In this document: piece by piece, positions 1 to 10,300 of the stretch | Layout of the letters: each line of letters opens with the position of its first letter | How positions within the stretch are numbered: position 1 is the stretch's first letter | IMG/VR virus record: IMGVR_UViG_3300033991_000293 | Span: 706 to 64,705 of that record | From: a virus | Lineage: Duplodnaviria; Caudoviricetes | Reading direction: 5' to 3' (one strand) | DNA length: 64,000 bases | Made by a program: the position numbers and the translations under genes | The notes under the pieces: generated by a model | The model's input: the letters and a program-made list of their open reading frames with translations, nothing else | Told to the model about the DNA's origin: nothing | Database searches by the model: none

Positions 1-15
1 AACATAGGAGGAATC

Positions 16-234
16 ATGCCGACGACACCGCAACTGCCGCACACAGTGGTCCTTACATTCTACCCTGGCCAGCCAGGTAGGATGACCGCCAAAGTGGATG
101 GTATCTCGGGCCCCGCCTGTGCTAATGCCAGTGCATGGTTGGATCGCCTGGGGGATGTCCGGCAAGACCTCAAAACAGGCGAGTATTATCAGGATGGTCA
201 GGAAGTCCAGGCCAGGCAAACTGTGCAGACGTGA
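16..234 (+). CDS. DUF2997-like small protein
   Basis: RBS AGGAGG; motif V.G..G..C...S..L..LG.V.....T.EYYQ typical of DUF2997. Confidence 0.65.
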   Translation: MPTTPQLPHTVVLTFYPGQPGRMTAKVDGISGPACANASAWLDRLGDVRQDLKTGEYYQDGQEVQARQTVQT

Positions 235-312
235 CCTGAGATTTCCTCCTGGGGGATGGGCCACAGGTTGCAACCTGTGGCCCATCGATGTATACTGATA
301 ACAAGGAACCCA

Positions 313-654
313 ATGGGAACAGTCTATATACCGGATACCGCAATCTTGATCAGGGAGTGGCAGGCCCAGGCCACCTTTAAGTCTTATAAGTGGTTGGGTA
401 CAGGCCAGATCGCACTTCTGCCGGAACCTGCCCTGGACTACGCCACCCATCGCCCCGATCAACCCCTGATGATCGGCCACCCAATCATGCTGCGCGATTT
501 GACCATTCGTGTCATCGCCCGGCACCCAGGTCAGCCTGCCTATTTGGTAATGCGGGATGGGTGGAAGGCCCGCCTGCTGGCCTGGTTTCTCCGCAAATTG
601 CTGGAGAACCACAGGCCCCCGCATCCGCCAGAACTTATGCCCATCAAGGAGTAG
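313..654 (+). CDS. hypothetical protein
   Basis: ORF with AAGGA upstream of ATG 313, tightly packed with the next gene. Confidence 0.55.
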   Translation: MGTVYIPDTAILIREWQAQATFKSYKWLGTGQIALLPEPALDYATHRPDQPLMIGHPIMLRDLTIRVIARHPGQPAYLVMRDGWKARLLAWFLRKLLENHRPPHPPELMPIKE

Positions 655-662
655 GGAACAGT

Positions 663-2036
663 ATGGCAGCCCATGACGACAAAGCAGTCCCTGGCCAGCA
701 GTACTCGTTTATTGTCCGCTTTGGGACACCCGCAATCAGTGAGGGAGTCGTCCCCATCCCCAGGATCGTCCTCGACAACTACAGTGCCCTGGGCATCGAC
801 GACCGTACCATGATGTGGGTAGTACATCTCCTGGCGTACAAGTGGTCTGCGGATTCACCTTTCCCAAAAAGGGCAAGTCTGCATTGCACGGCAGGGGAAG
901 CAAGCCAGAAACGCTATGCCCGCCGTCTGCGCGAAAAGGGAGTGCTGTTTACCAGCCGCCGTTTCCAGAAGGGCAGAGTCGTCAGCCTGGTGTATGATCT
1001 CGATAGCCTGTTGCATAATTGTGTCCGTCTCCATCAGGCCACCAATGCCAGGATCGACGAGTATCTCGCCGAGAACATGTCAACCCTGGACCCCCTGGAT
1101 CGCTACCTGCGCGCCCACGTTCGTACCATCATCCAGGCCGATGTGCTGGCCATCTTCAAGGTGGAACTCCCACCCGAAGTGGAAACCCGTCTGAAAGCCG
1201 GAGAGTATGACGATGTCCCCCCGCCTTGGGACAAACTCACGCCGGCACCAAAAGAGGGGGAAGCCCTGCTGGACGAATACTTTGGCCCCCGCCAGGAGCC
1301 TATCCCATTGATAACTCAAGGGGATAGCAAGGGCAAGAATTGGGCCGACCCTGCCCAGGCAGGGGGAGCCAGCAGCAGCGCCGAGATAGTGGTTGATGGC
1401 ATCTGCCGATTCAACACCATCCCAGGCATCGAAAGCCTGCCACCTAAAGAACGGACCGCGCTCGTTCGCCACGTCCACGAGATAATCGAAAAGTGGGGCA
1501 GTGCCACGCCCGAACAGGCCAAACTCGCCTGGGAAGCCTGGACAATCCGGTATGGATGGCGTAACCAGTGCAACGCCTTCTATACTAACTTCGCCACCGA
1601 GTATGGGATGCTGCTGATTGCCGTCAAGGAAGGAACCATCACCCTGGAAAGTCTGCAGGAGGAAGATCAGCAGCAGGAACTCAAAGCCAGGAAGGATGAT
1701 CCCCAGGCCCCGCAAAACCGCCAGCACTACCAGAACTGGGCCACGGCACCTGGTAAAGTGATACCGGCACCGCCGACCGTACCGGATTGGTGGAAGCGCA
1801 TCCTGGATGATCTACGCCTGCAGATCACCGAAGCCTCATACAGCACCTGGTTGGCAAATACCAGCGCCACCCGTACTGATGGAGTGATCACCATCTTGGC
1901 AAAGAATGGCTATGGCAAGGATTGGTTGTCCCACCGGCTCCATGCTATCATCCTGCGAACTGCCAGACGTGTGCTGGATGAGGATACCCTGGAGATAGAG
2001 TTTGCCGTAAAGGAACAGCAGGAGGAAACAGCATGA
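663..2036 (+). CDS. replication initiator: N-terminal DnaD-like wHTH plus C-terminal DnaA N-terminal domain
   Basis: N-term VPIPRIVLDNYSALGI...LLAYKW...FP resembles a DnaD/phage-rep wHTH; C-term WKRILDDLRLQITEASYSTWL...NGYGKDWLSHRL is DnaA domain I-like. Confidence 0.75.
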   Translation: MAAHDDKAVPGQQYSFIVRFGTPAISEGVVPIPRIVLDNYSALGIDDRTMMWVVHLLAYKWSADSPFPKRASLHCTAGEASQKRYARRLREKGVLFTSRRFQKGRVVSLVYDLDSLLHNCVRLHQATNARIDEYLAENMSTLDPLDRYLRAHVRTIIQADVLAIFKVELPPEVETRLKAGEYDDVPPPWDKLTPAPKEGEALLDEYFGPRQEPIPLITQGDSKGKNWADPAQAGGASSSAEIVVDGICRFNTIPGIESLPPKERTALVRHVHEIIEKWGSATPEQAKLAWEAWTIRYGWRNQCNAFYTNFATEYGMLLIAVKEGTITLESLQEEDQQQELKARKDDPQAPQNRQHYQNWATAPGKVIPAPPTVPDWWKRILDDLRLQITEASYSTWLANTSATRTDGVITILAKNGYGKDWLSHRLHAIILRTARRVLDEDTLEIEFAVKEQQEETA

Positions 2037-2530
2037 CCACGAAACCGAGACTGAAGCGTGATTGGATAGGACGACGTGACGTGATCCTCCTGCCGATTGA
2101 CTATAGACCAGAAGGGGAGGAAATCTTGCCTGAAGTGTGGATAGGGCAGCAGGAAGTCAGCCAGGAGTTTGATGACCACCTGAAGTCGATGTGTAAACTG
2201 TTAGGTTGCGCCAGCATCGAGGGAGCAGCCAATCCCCGCCTGGCCTTATCGTCCAGGATCGCCCTGGCAATTCTGACCCTACAGGAACGGGCAAACATGC
2301 AGTCTGTGGGACAATGGATTCCTGTGGCCAGTCGTCTGCCGCAGTTTGGCAGCCTCGTCCTGATACGATTTGTTTACCCCGACAGAAGGCCCTACGTCGG
2401 TCTTGGTATTTGCCAGGATGAGGAATATTGGCACAAAGGCGGAGACCCGACCTGGCTCCTTGTACCTCGCCGATTTGTGTCCCATTGGTGTCTCATCCCT
2501 GATTACCTCAAGGTGGAGGGTATGGCATGA
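2033..2530 (+). CDS. DUF551-like phage protein
   Basis: QWIPVASRLP...VLI...VSHWCLIP motif; ATGA overlap. Confidence 0.6.
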   Translation: MTTKPRLKRDWIGRRDVILLPIDYRPEGEEILPEVWIGQQEVSQEFDDHLKSMCKLLGCASIEGAANPRLALSSRIALAILTLQERANMQSVGQWIPVASRLPQFGSLVLIRFVYPDRRPYVGLGICQDEEYWHKGGDPTWLLVPRRFVSHWCLIPDYLKVEGMA

Positions 2531-3063
2531 CAGAGAATGGGAAGTGTGGATTTAAATGCCCAGGCGACCCGCCCTGTTCACAATGGACAGGGACAGGGTG
2601 TGCGCTCGATTCGATAGATTGGGAAGATGCCGAGTGGGATGACGACGAGGAAGATTACAGCAGGGATGACGAAGTATCCTGCCTGAACTGTGGCCCGGAA
2701 TGCCCTGCATGGGTAGGGGATGGCCTCTGTGAGATTGCATTGGCCTGGGAGCAGACCATGCACGATCAGTACATGGATCTCCATTCAGGCCAGCAACCTT
2801 GTCCTGTGTGTGGGGCGATGCTCATATCCTACGAAATTGCCACCGATCAACTCTGGATCTGGCCAGGAGGGGATTGGCCTTATTCGCCCATGGTCGGCCT
2901 GGAGATTTATGCTATCCTCGCCGCCCCGAAGGGTGAGATTCATCGGCAGGCCGACGTCGTCCACATCTTTGTGGGGGATGGGGAACTCCGGAGAGAATGT
3001 TTGATCATCCTCGACCCTGACTGCATCGAGAAGGATCGCGAGTTTGTCAGGGAGAGCCAATGA
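2527..3063 (+). CDS. Cys-rich acidic hypothetical protein
   Basis: ATGA-coupled ORF with several CxxC motifs and a D/E tract. Confidence 0.65.
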   Translation: MTENGKCGFKCPGDPPCSQWTGTGCALDSIDWEDAEWDDDEEDYSRDDEVSCLNCGPECPAWVGDGLCEIALAWEQTMHDQYMDLHSGQQPCPVCGAMLISYEIATDQLWIWPGGDWPYSPMVGLEIYAILAAPKGEIHRQADVVHIFVGDGELRRECLIILDPDCIEKDREFVRESQ

Positions 3064-3254
3064 TCATCTCTGCCATCAGGCAGGAAGAAAGATGCTGGCG
3101 TAAGGGACGGCATTCAAAGTACCGTCACCTCTATGTGAACAAAAGCGCATGCTGTGGGAGCAAGGTGAGTCCTCTTCCGGCATGGACGGAGCAGGAAGTT
3201 TATATTAGATGGGCCCCCCAGTGCCCAAAGTGTTTGAGGATTGCTAAGCAATGA
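3060..3254 (+). CDS. small zinc-finger-like hypothetical protein
   Basis: ATGA overlap; H...CCG...CPKC. Confidence 0.55.
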   Translation: MIISAIRQEERCWRKGRHSKYRHLYVNKSACCGSKVSPLPAWTEQEVYIRWAPQCPKCLRIAKQ

Positions 3255-3260
3255 TCACTT

Positions 3261-3497
3261 TTGGAGTCCATAACCTCCAACATGCTCGACCTGCAGATGA
3301 AGATCGCCGACGATATGCAGGCAGAGGGATGGGCAGACAAGACGGATGGCGAACGCATCGAGGAAGCCTCGCGCCGCTTGACTGAAGCCATCCGCCAGAT
3401 TTACCAGGAAAGCCTGGGAGCAGACATCACCCAGGATACTATCCCACCTGGCCAGCGCCAAACCTGCACCGGTCAACTGCTGCTGCCAGGGGTTTAA
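3261..3497 (+). CDS. hypothetical protein (start uncertain)
   Basis: ORF ends just before the convergent tail fibre stop. Confidence 0.45.
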   Translation: MESITSNMLDLQMKIADDMQAEGWADKTDGERIEEASRRLTEAIRQIYQESLGADITQDTIPPGQRQTCTGQLLLPGV

Positions 3498-3520
3498 CCA
3501 AAGTCGCACAGACTGTACCG

Positions 3521-5872
3521 TCAGGCTGTTCTTGCCAAAGCCCCGCAGTTAAAGTGCTGATAGAGTGGCCCTGACGCCCCAGGGTTGCTTGTACCGAGTG
3601 CCGCCCCCGAATTCTGGAATACGAAAATCTCTATATACTCGCCAACCGCCATGTAGAACATTGCCGCCGTAGCCGTCAACACCGTTACACTGGCAGGGGA
3701 TGCTCCGTGGTAAGACATTGCAAGGAACGTATTCCCATTTTTAACAACCGCCAGTGCTCTGTTGCCGGTAGCATTGGAGTCAAATTGCACGTTACCCTGT
3801 GCCATATAGTACCCTGCGACTTGGGCAGTTAGTCTGGTTGGGGACCCGATAGCCCATCCCCCCATCGTGTCCCAAAGTTCTGTGTCCCAACTAAGAAAAT
3901 TCCAGGCATTGTTAGAGATAGACTGCGCGTTAGATCGGTAAGCCCTGCATCCAAGTGCTATGCTGCCATAGACTGAACCCCCTACATTAATACTGCCAGG
4001 GAATACTCCAGTCTGTGTACCGTTGGGAATGTACAGCACCCAACTCCCTACATTATTCAGCAGGCCGAAGTTGTTGCCGTCAGAGTAGATGAATCCCAGG
4101 CTAACACCGGCAGCCGAAATGATATGGATGTTACCAGCCACGCACATGGCCTGATCAGGAGCAGCATCACGCCCCACCATGAGTGATGCCAAAGCGTAGA
4201 CATTGTTGGTAAACTTTTGGGTTTGGCTTGCTGCGCCTGTCCGTGCACCTGACGCCAAGAGATATATTGTATGGTCATCATCGCCCAAGCCATTCAGCGC
4301 CAGACCGTGATCCAACTTGCCACAGGATGCAGCCGCTTGGTGGGTATGCTCAGGAGTTTCAGCCGCAGTGCCCCCGCTCGCTTTTTCCTTCAAGTATTGG
4401 GCATGATCATCATCCGCCAAACCATCCAGTGCCAGACCGTGATCCAGTTTGCTGCCCTGGCCTGCAGCACCTGTGTGCACGTGTGACCCTACGTCTACAC
4501 CATCCACCGTTTTGCTGGCTGCCACCGCCACATTCTCATCGAATGTCCATGCCCCTGTGACCGTTTCGGCCTTCGCCAGGCCCGCACGGTCACCGCCTAG
4601 ATGAGTGATTGTTCCTGCCCCCGCTGTGCTGGTGTACTTCGTAGCATAAAGCGCCGCCACGGCATTAGTGTAGACATATAGGTCTGCTGTGGCCCCCGTT
4701 AACTGGCAGTGGTACAGGTAATTGGTTGCTGCGTAAATGTAGGCTCCATAACGTGATCCGAGAATCCCGCCAGCCTCGAATTGGCAGTGAAAGGTTGGAG
4801 TCGTAGATGCTGCGAATAAGCCTGTCACGTAGACACCCGACCCGCTCGTCAATTCTGCCCATCCGTAACAGAAATACAATGTGCCCGCTAGGGACAGGAT
4901 ACCGATAGCATGGCAGTTTGATCCACTGGCGTGTGTGTAAGCAAAGCACTGGTAAACCTCTCCCCCTATGGCGTAGATCGCAGCCCCCTGCTGGCTCCCT
5001 GATGCTGCCGATACTGTCCAGTCCACGATCACATTCCGCGCTACGTTCCCTGTGTTGAGTACCAGCGCCGACATGGTCCCCAATTCAGCAGTTAGACTGG
5101 CCACAATCTTGATACTCTGGATGACCCCAGTCCCTGACGACAGTTGGATGACGCTATTTCCAACGCCAGGGGCAGAGAGAATACAAGCCTCGGCAGGCCC
5201 GCCCACGCCTGCGATGGAGACACCAGCCGCAACAGTATGCCGGTCAGACAGAGTCCATGTCCCAGGAGGAACCAGGATCACGTCTCCCGATGTATCAGCA
5301 GCAGTGAAGGCATCGTCAGGATCAGCGTATACGGTCACCACGCCACTACGCAGCCGTGCAACGCCAGTGAGATTCAGGTATTGCGTATGGTCATTGTCCA
5401 GCAGGCCATCCAGCGCCAGACCATGATCCAACTTGCCACAGGATGCTGCCGCCTGGTGAGCATGCTCAGGAGTCTCAGCCGCAGTGCCACCGGACCCCTT
5501 TTCTTTCAAGTATTGGGTATGATCATCGTCTCCCAGGCCGGTCAGTATCCCGTGGTCTACGACACCGCCATCCCCAGGATCGCCCTCGTGGTCATGATCC
5601 GGCAGGTCTGTAGAGAATTCAAGCCCCTCTTCAGCCGCATTGACCCTGACCCCTTTCAGTCCCTCATCCACATAGGAATCGGGAGTGTCGAGCAAATCGA
5701 GGAAGGTGGAAGCACCGGCAGTACCGCTGATCCAGGCAGTGCCATCCCAAAAGTACTCAGCCGACAAGTCTGTGTCGAGGAAGTGTGCCCCTGCTGCATC
5801 CTCTGGCAGAACCAGCGCCACCCGCTCGGCAGTCGTCCCGATGTAGTATGACCTCGGATGGATCGTGATCAT
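3521..5872 (-). CDS. tail fibre / receptor-binding protein (His-Asp repeats, beta-helix, C1q-like C-terminus)
   Basis: Last gene of the tail operon; repeated DHGL.LDGL.DDDH.QYL; G/A/S/T-rich beta-helix-like middle; C-term CRAYRSNAQSI...FLSWDTELWDT...TRLTAQVAGYY. Confidence 0.8.
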   Translation of the reverse strand: MITIHPRSYYIGTTAERVALVLPEDAAGAHFLDTDLSAEYFWDGTAWISGTAGASTFLDLLDTPDSYVDEGLKGVRVNAAEEGLEFSTDLPDHDHEGDPGDGGVVDHGILTGLGDDDHTQYLKEKGSGGTAAETPEHAHQAAASCGKLDHGLALDGLLDNDHTQYLNLTGVARLRSGVVTVYADPDDAFTAADTSGDVILVPPGTWTLSDRHTVAAGVSIAGVGGPAEACILSAPGVGNSVIQLSSGTGVIQSIKIVASLTAELGTMSALVLNTGNVARNVIVDWTVSAASGSQQGAAIYAIGGEVYQCFAYTHASGSNCHAIGILSLAGTLYFCYGWAELTSGSGVYVTGLFAASTTPTFHCQFEAGGILGSRYGAYIYAATNYLYHCQLTGATADLYVYTNAVAALYATKYTSTAGAGTITHLGGDRAGLAKAETVTGAWTFDENVAVAASKTVDGVDVGSHVHTGAAGQGSKLDHGLALDGLADDDHAQYLKEKASGGTAAETPEHTHQAAASCGKLDHGLALNGLGDDDHTIYLLASGARTGAASQTQKFTNNVYALASLMVGRDAAPDQAMCVAGNIHIISAAGVSLGFIYSDGNNFGLLNNVGSWVLYIPNGTQTGVFPGSINVGGSVYGSIALGCRAYRSNAQSISNNAWNFLSWDTELWDTMGGWAIGSPTRLTAQVAGYYMAQGNVQFDSNATGNRALAVVKNGNTFLAMSYHGASPASVTVLTATAAMFYMAVGEYIEIFVFQNSGAALGTSNPGASGPLYQHFNCGALARTA
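4262..4452. repeat. copy 2 of an internal direct repeat in the tail fibre gene
   Basis: Shares e.g. CAGCGCCAGACC.TGATCCAACTTGCCACAGGATGC and TTCAAGTATTGGG with 5377-5540. Confidence 0.85.
5377..5540. repeat. copy 1 of an internal direct repeat in the tail fibre gene
   Basis: Direct repeat of 4262-4425 encoding DDDH.QYLKEK.SGGTAAETPEH.HQAAASCGKLDHGLAL. Confidence 0.85.
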
Positions 5873-5882
5873 ACCCCACCGC

Positions 5883-6260
5883 CTAGTCGTAGATGCCGGT
5901 CACGTAGATGGTGCCACCGCTGATGGTAACATCGATGTAGATGTCAGTCGCAAAGGTGATGGGATGGGGGAAATTCAGCGCCCCCGTCTCGTTGACCGCC
6001 CCGAATACGTAGGTGATCTTGATCGTCCCACCTGCCCCGCCATCTTTGACATCGACAGTGTCGCCAGCGGTCATGCCCTTGCCCGCGATCACCAGGCCAT
6101 AGAGAACCCCTGCCGATGCTTTGACCTGGCCATCGCCGGTCAACCGCACCGCCGTGTGACCACTGGCCTTAGCGACCCTGATCAGTGTGTTACCATCAGC
6201 ATCGCACAAGTCAGCGTAGTTGGTACCAGACCAGTCCTTTGCAGTATTTTGCCAACCCAT
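5883..6260 (-). CDS. small virion beta-sandwich protein (putative)
   Basis: RBS GGAGG; beta-rich; lies in the tail-tip cluster. Confidence 0.65.
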   Translation of the reverse strand: MGWQNTAKDWSGTNYADLCDADGNTLIRVAKASGHTAVRLTGDGQVKASAGVLYGLVIAGKGMTAGDTVDVKDGGAGGTIKITYVFGAVNETGALNFPHPITFATDIYIDVTISGGTIYVTGIYD

Positions 6261-6274
6261 CGAAATGCCTCCTT

Positions 6275-7360
6275 CTAACGATTCACTGTGATATGGCCAC
6301 TAAGGCCCAAATCCAAAGCGGAGTCTACCGCCACGATAGCCGTCTCCAGCGCCGCAAGACGCCGGAAGATCAGCCCGAACGTAAGTCCAATGTCTGGATC
6401 ATCCCCTGCAACGATAGCCAGTTGTAATGCTGTAAATCGCCCAAAGATCAGCCCCAGGGTAAGATCATCGTCGAGATTTTCACTTGCCGCTATGATTGCC
6501 CGCCCCTGGCCCTCGCTCCGCCTTACCAGTTGAGTCTCGGCCAGGTCAAATTCATTCGCCAGTGCAGCCACAGCGTCAAGCATAGGTTGGGCATTCATGA
6601 TAGTGACCTGTGGCCAGCGCAGATCTCTAATGTCATATTGCAGACTGGAGTCCCGAATTGTGGACTGGACACCGTAGATCGCAACAGCCGCCAGGGGCAT
6701 TTCATTGAGACCGCAACCTGGGCAGGATGCTAATGTCAGGTTTTCAGGGGGAGTGACCACTTCCCCTGGGTATGCCTTTGCCACGCCATCCTGGTCAAGT
6801 ACCACTAGGCAGTATCGTGCAAAGTATCCCACGGGTTTGTATGGCAGCAAATCCAATTCCTGCATTGCTACCCACACCCATCCACCTCGCCAGATGATGC
6901 CTGGTTGAACGTTGATCTCCAGCCCAATCCCCGTAGCCCCGACCCGAAAAGGCATCCACTGCCGCAACTGGACGAATACCGGATCATCGCCCCCGTCTGG
7001 ATCAGCCCATTGGTGAGTCGAAGCATGGGCCACGACTTCAGGGATAGGGGTTGCATCCGTACCCGCGTAGACCTCTCTCTGGCAGAGAACCTGGAACAGT
7101 GCCGGTTGTTCAGGCCGGTAGCCAACAGTGATCGCCAGGCCATCGCGCAGCGAGACCTTTTGATTCCAGGCCATCGTGACCCCATCTTCGCCTTCAGCGC
7201 CAAGTCGAACCCAAACAAAGCCAGGTTTGTCGGAGACCTTCACAATGTCATTGCCCAGGCCCAACAGTGCAGGGAACCGTGGTTGTACTTGCTCATACGC
7301 CTGCAAAGTCTGACGTAGGAGCCCTTGAAGCCTGGCGAGTCCTGGTGGAAACCCATTCAT
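6275..7360 (-). CDS. minor tail protein (putative)
   Basis: Position after the tail hub; RBS GAGGTG; C-terminal coiled repeats. Confidence 0.65.
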   Translation of the reverse strand: MNGFPPGLARLQGLLRQTLQAYEQVQPRFPALLGLGNDIVKVSDKPGFVWVRLGAEGEDGVTMAWNQKVSLRDGLAITVGYRPEQPALFQVLCQREVYAGTDATPIPEVVAHASTHQWADPDGGDDPVFVQLRQWMPFRVGATGIGLEINVQPGIIWRGGWVWVAMQELDLLPYKPVGYFARYCLVVLDQDGVAKAYPGEVVTPPENLTLASCPGCGLNEMPLAAVAIYGVQSTIRDSSLQYDIRDLRWPQVTIMNAQPMLDAVAALANEFDLAETQLVRRSEGQGRAIIAASENLDDDLTLGLIFGRFTALQLAIVAGDDPDIGLTFGLIFRRLAALETAIVAVDSALDLGLSGHITVNR

Positions 7361-7369
7361 AGGTCACCT

Positions 7370-10300
7370 CTATGGCAAGTGGCAAACGAACACAGACGCC
7401 CCGACATTGTCGCATCCTGCCGCCCACGGATCAGCCGCCGTGACTGTCCCTGACCCGTACCAGATAGGGATGACAGATAATAAGTTACCTGTCTTATCGT
7501 GCGCCGACCCATCCCACCAGTAGATGGCTTGTTTGTTTGGATTGACCGCATGCGGTTTGTCTTTCCGTAGGATGATCAGCCCATCGCCCCCTTCCATTGC
7601 AACAGCCCCGATGTATCCGATTCGCCCAGGTTGCGACCCGCCGCCGAAAAGATCATCGCTGTTAATACCAATGTCTGCCCCATCACGTAAGACGTGGTTG
7701 GTATTATCCCCCAGGTCACGTGCTGGACACCAGTACACGCCATCGTTCCCCGCCGTGAGATTCACGTAAGATGCCTCTCTGTGCACGTGGTCCTCGATCA
7801 ACCCAAGTGGCCCCCACAGTGCCCCGTCAGCATCGATGCCATTTGCCGCATCCTCAGTGGAAACGTAAACCTCGCTACCAAACAGCGCCACATGGTGTAC
7901 CCCATTTCTGTGTACATCCTCATAGCCAGGGAGCAGCCCCCCTGGTGACCAGGTTATTGTCCTATAGGCTGATGGGGATGGGCAGTCCAGAATTGGTGTC
8001 GGGCATTGGGGAATGCGCAGGAAACAGAAACTGGTGCCTGAAATCTCGAAGTACCAACCACAAGGAAATGGTATCCCCCCATATACCCCGAATTGCTTTG
8101 TACCCACTTTGAAGTGCTGTCCAATGTAGAAAGTTCCAGCACAGTATCCAATCCCCGCATGACAATATCGCTGAGAGTATGGTGGTTGTGGGCATTGTTG
8201 TGAATAACACAGGCCACATGCACCGCCCCCGCCGGTCACCTCACCTCCGCCGTAAGCCGTGATCCGGTAGAACGTTGACCCGACCCGGGCCCCAGTTTCG
8301 GTATACCCCACGCTCGGCAGGATCGCCGCCCCCGTGCTGGCCTCACCTGGCCCCGACGATACCAGACTGCGCAACTGACCCCAGAAATCGTCATAGTGAT
8401 ACGTCCCACAGTCACCGGCAGGTACACGCGCAGCGTAGGCATCGGCCTGGCTATAGACCAGCCGCCAGATGGGAGAAACGTCGAAAATGTTGTCACAACG
8501 CCAGACCCCAACGTTGGCAGCCGTATCTGTCACGGTTTGTCCCGATGTACCCGTGACCGCCCAGGCCCCCTTGCCATCGTACATGTCCAGTCGCGCAGTC
8601 CATAGCACGCCGTAGATGCTACCCCGTACATTCCGCCAGGTAGGGGAGTCTGATTGGAAGTTCTCTGTCAGCACCAGGTTGATCCGGTCATGGGCCAAAA
8701 CCACGTCTGGAGCAGGGACTGCTGGCGGTAGTGGGGGAGGGGGAGGGGGAGGGGGAGGGGGGGGAAGGGCAGGGGATGGAGGGGAAGCAGGTATGTCACC
8801 ATCGCATGCTGTCTCCTGCACAGTGTAGCCTTCGAAGTCCACGTCGACCAGCAACACGCCACCATCCTCGCCACCCTGGAGTGAATAGGAGACCCGCCTG
8901 GGGATGAGTTTGAAATCGGTCAGCGTCACGCCCCTGGGATTGTCCCCTGCTGCAATGCTGATAGTCGCATATTGCCAGGGGCAGATGTCCAGCACCCGCA
9001 AATTCATGCCGAACCGTACCAGCATCGAGGGATAGGGATTGTTGGCATGCCCCATGATCAGGCCCGCCAGGAGATTGGCCTGGGCCTGGGATGTCAGTGC
9101 CAGGCGGTCTTCTGCCTGTACTCCGCCGTACTGCTTCATCACGTGTCCAGGGGCAAGCGAGAAATAGGGTGTGCCTTTCTGGGTCACGTTTGACCAGGCC
9201 ACGCCCGCCAGGTCAATCCGCCCCACTGCTGCCAGCACCTGCCGCTCGATCTGGACATTATCGCGCCAATAGTCAGGTTGGATACTCAAGATGGTAATGC
9301 CCGACCTGCTGCCCACAGGGACGAACTGACTGTCGGTCTGGATATATAGCCGCCCAAGATGATCGCAACGGGCAGCCGCCTTAATCGTCCGGTCAGCGAT
9401 CTCCTGCAACTGCTGCCAGAGAGTGGCCAGGCCGGAATTGATCATCCCGATGGGAACGTTTGTCCCAGGGGGAAAGATATCCATCATCCGCGTACAGGTA
9501 GACCGCCAGTGGAGGAAGTGCCAAAGTGCATCCTCCACCTTCATGTTTTGCATCTCCAGCCAGGTAGCAGGAGTGGCAGGCCCGACGTCCTTGACCCCTG
9601 ATGGGAACCCCGTAACTTTGCTGATCAGGGACTGTGGTCCTTCGGCCAGAAATTCGACAGTTCCGTGCGCAGGATCGTAGATGATGGATTCCCCCACAAT
9701 CCAGCCGATGGCCAGGATGTTTTCGCGCTCTTTGACAATACCGACCGACCCCTCCGCCGGCCCGTAGGCATCCTCGGCGAACAGGATTACCAGCGCCCGA
9801 TTTCGGATCTCCGCCAGCGTAGCATTGGCATGGGCAGTAACACGGAAACTCCAGCCGCCACGTCCGCTGTCCCCCTCACAGGAACCCATCTCGACCGCCC
9901 ATAGGGGGGGATGGGCATCGTCGTAGATGTATACATAGCGGTAGCCCGTGAAAGTCTTAGTATTGGCAGCCATCACCGTGCAGGAGACCCGATACCAACC
10001 AGCCGCATTGTAAGTGATGGTGGGAGTCGCCGTGGTCATCCCCGATGTCGCCGATGCCCCAGGAGCAGCCCACGACCATCCCGTGATTGTGGACCCCCTT
10101 ACCCAGGAGTCTGTCCCATCGAAGCCGGTCACCTGCACTGTAGCCCCCGTCAATTTCTTGACCACGTGTGGCCCCAAGACAGGGACTGGATCGCAGGTCA
10201 AGTGCTGTGTACCATAGGCCACGTCCCAATCCATGTACACCACGAATGGATCGCGCCCAACAATCCGCAAGTGCTTGGCCCAAATCCCAAAGTCCTCGAT

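Noticed and set aside
8725-8790. G-quadruplex regulatory element
   Set aside because: The G-runs are fully explained by the poly-proline codons on the - strand.
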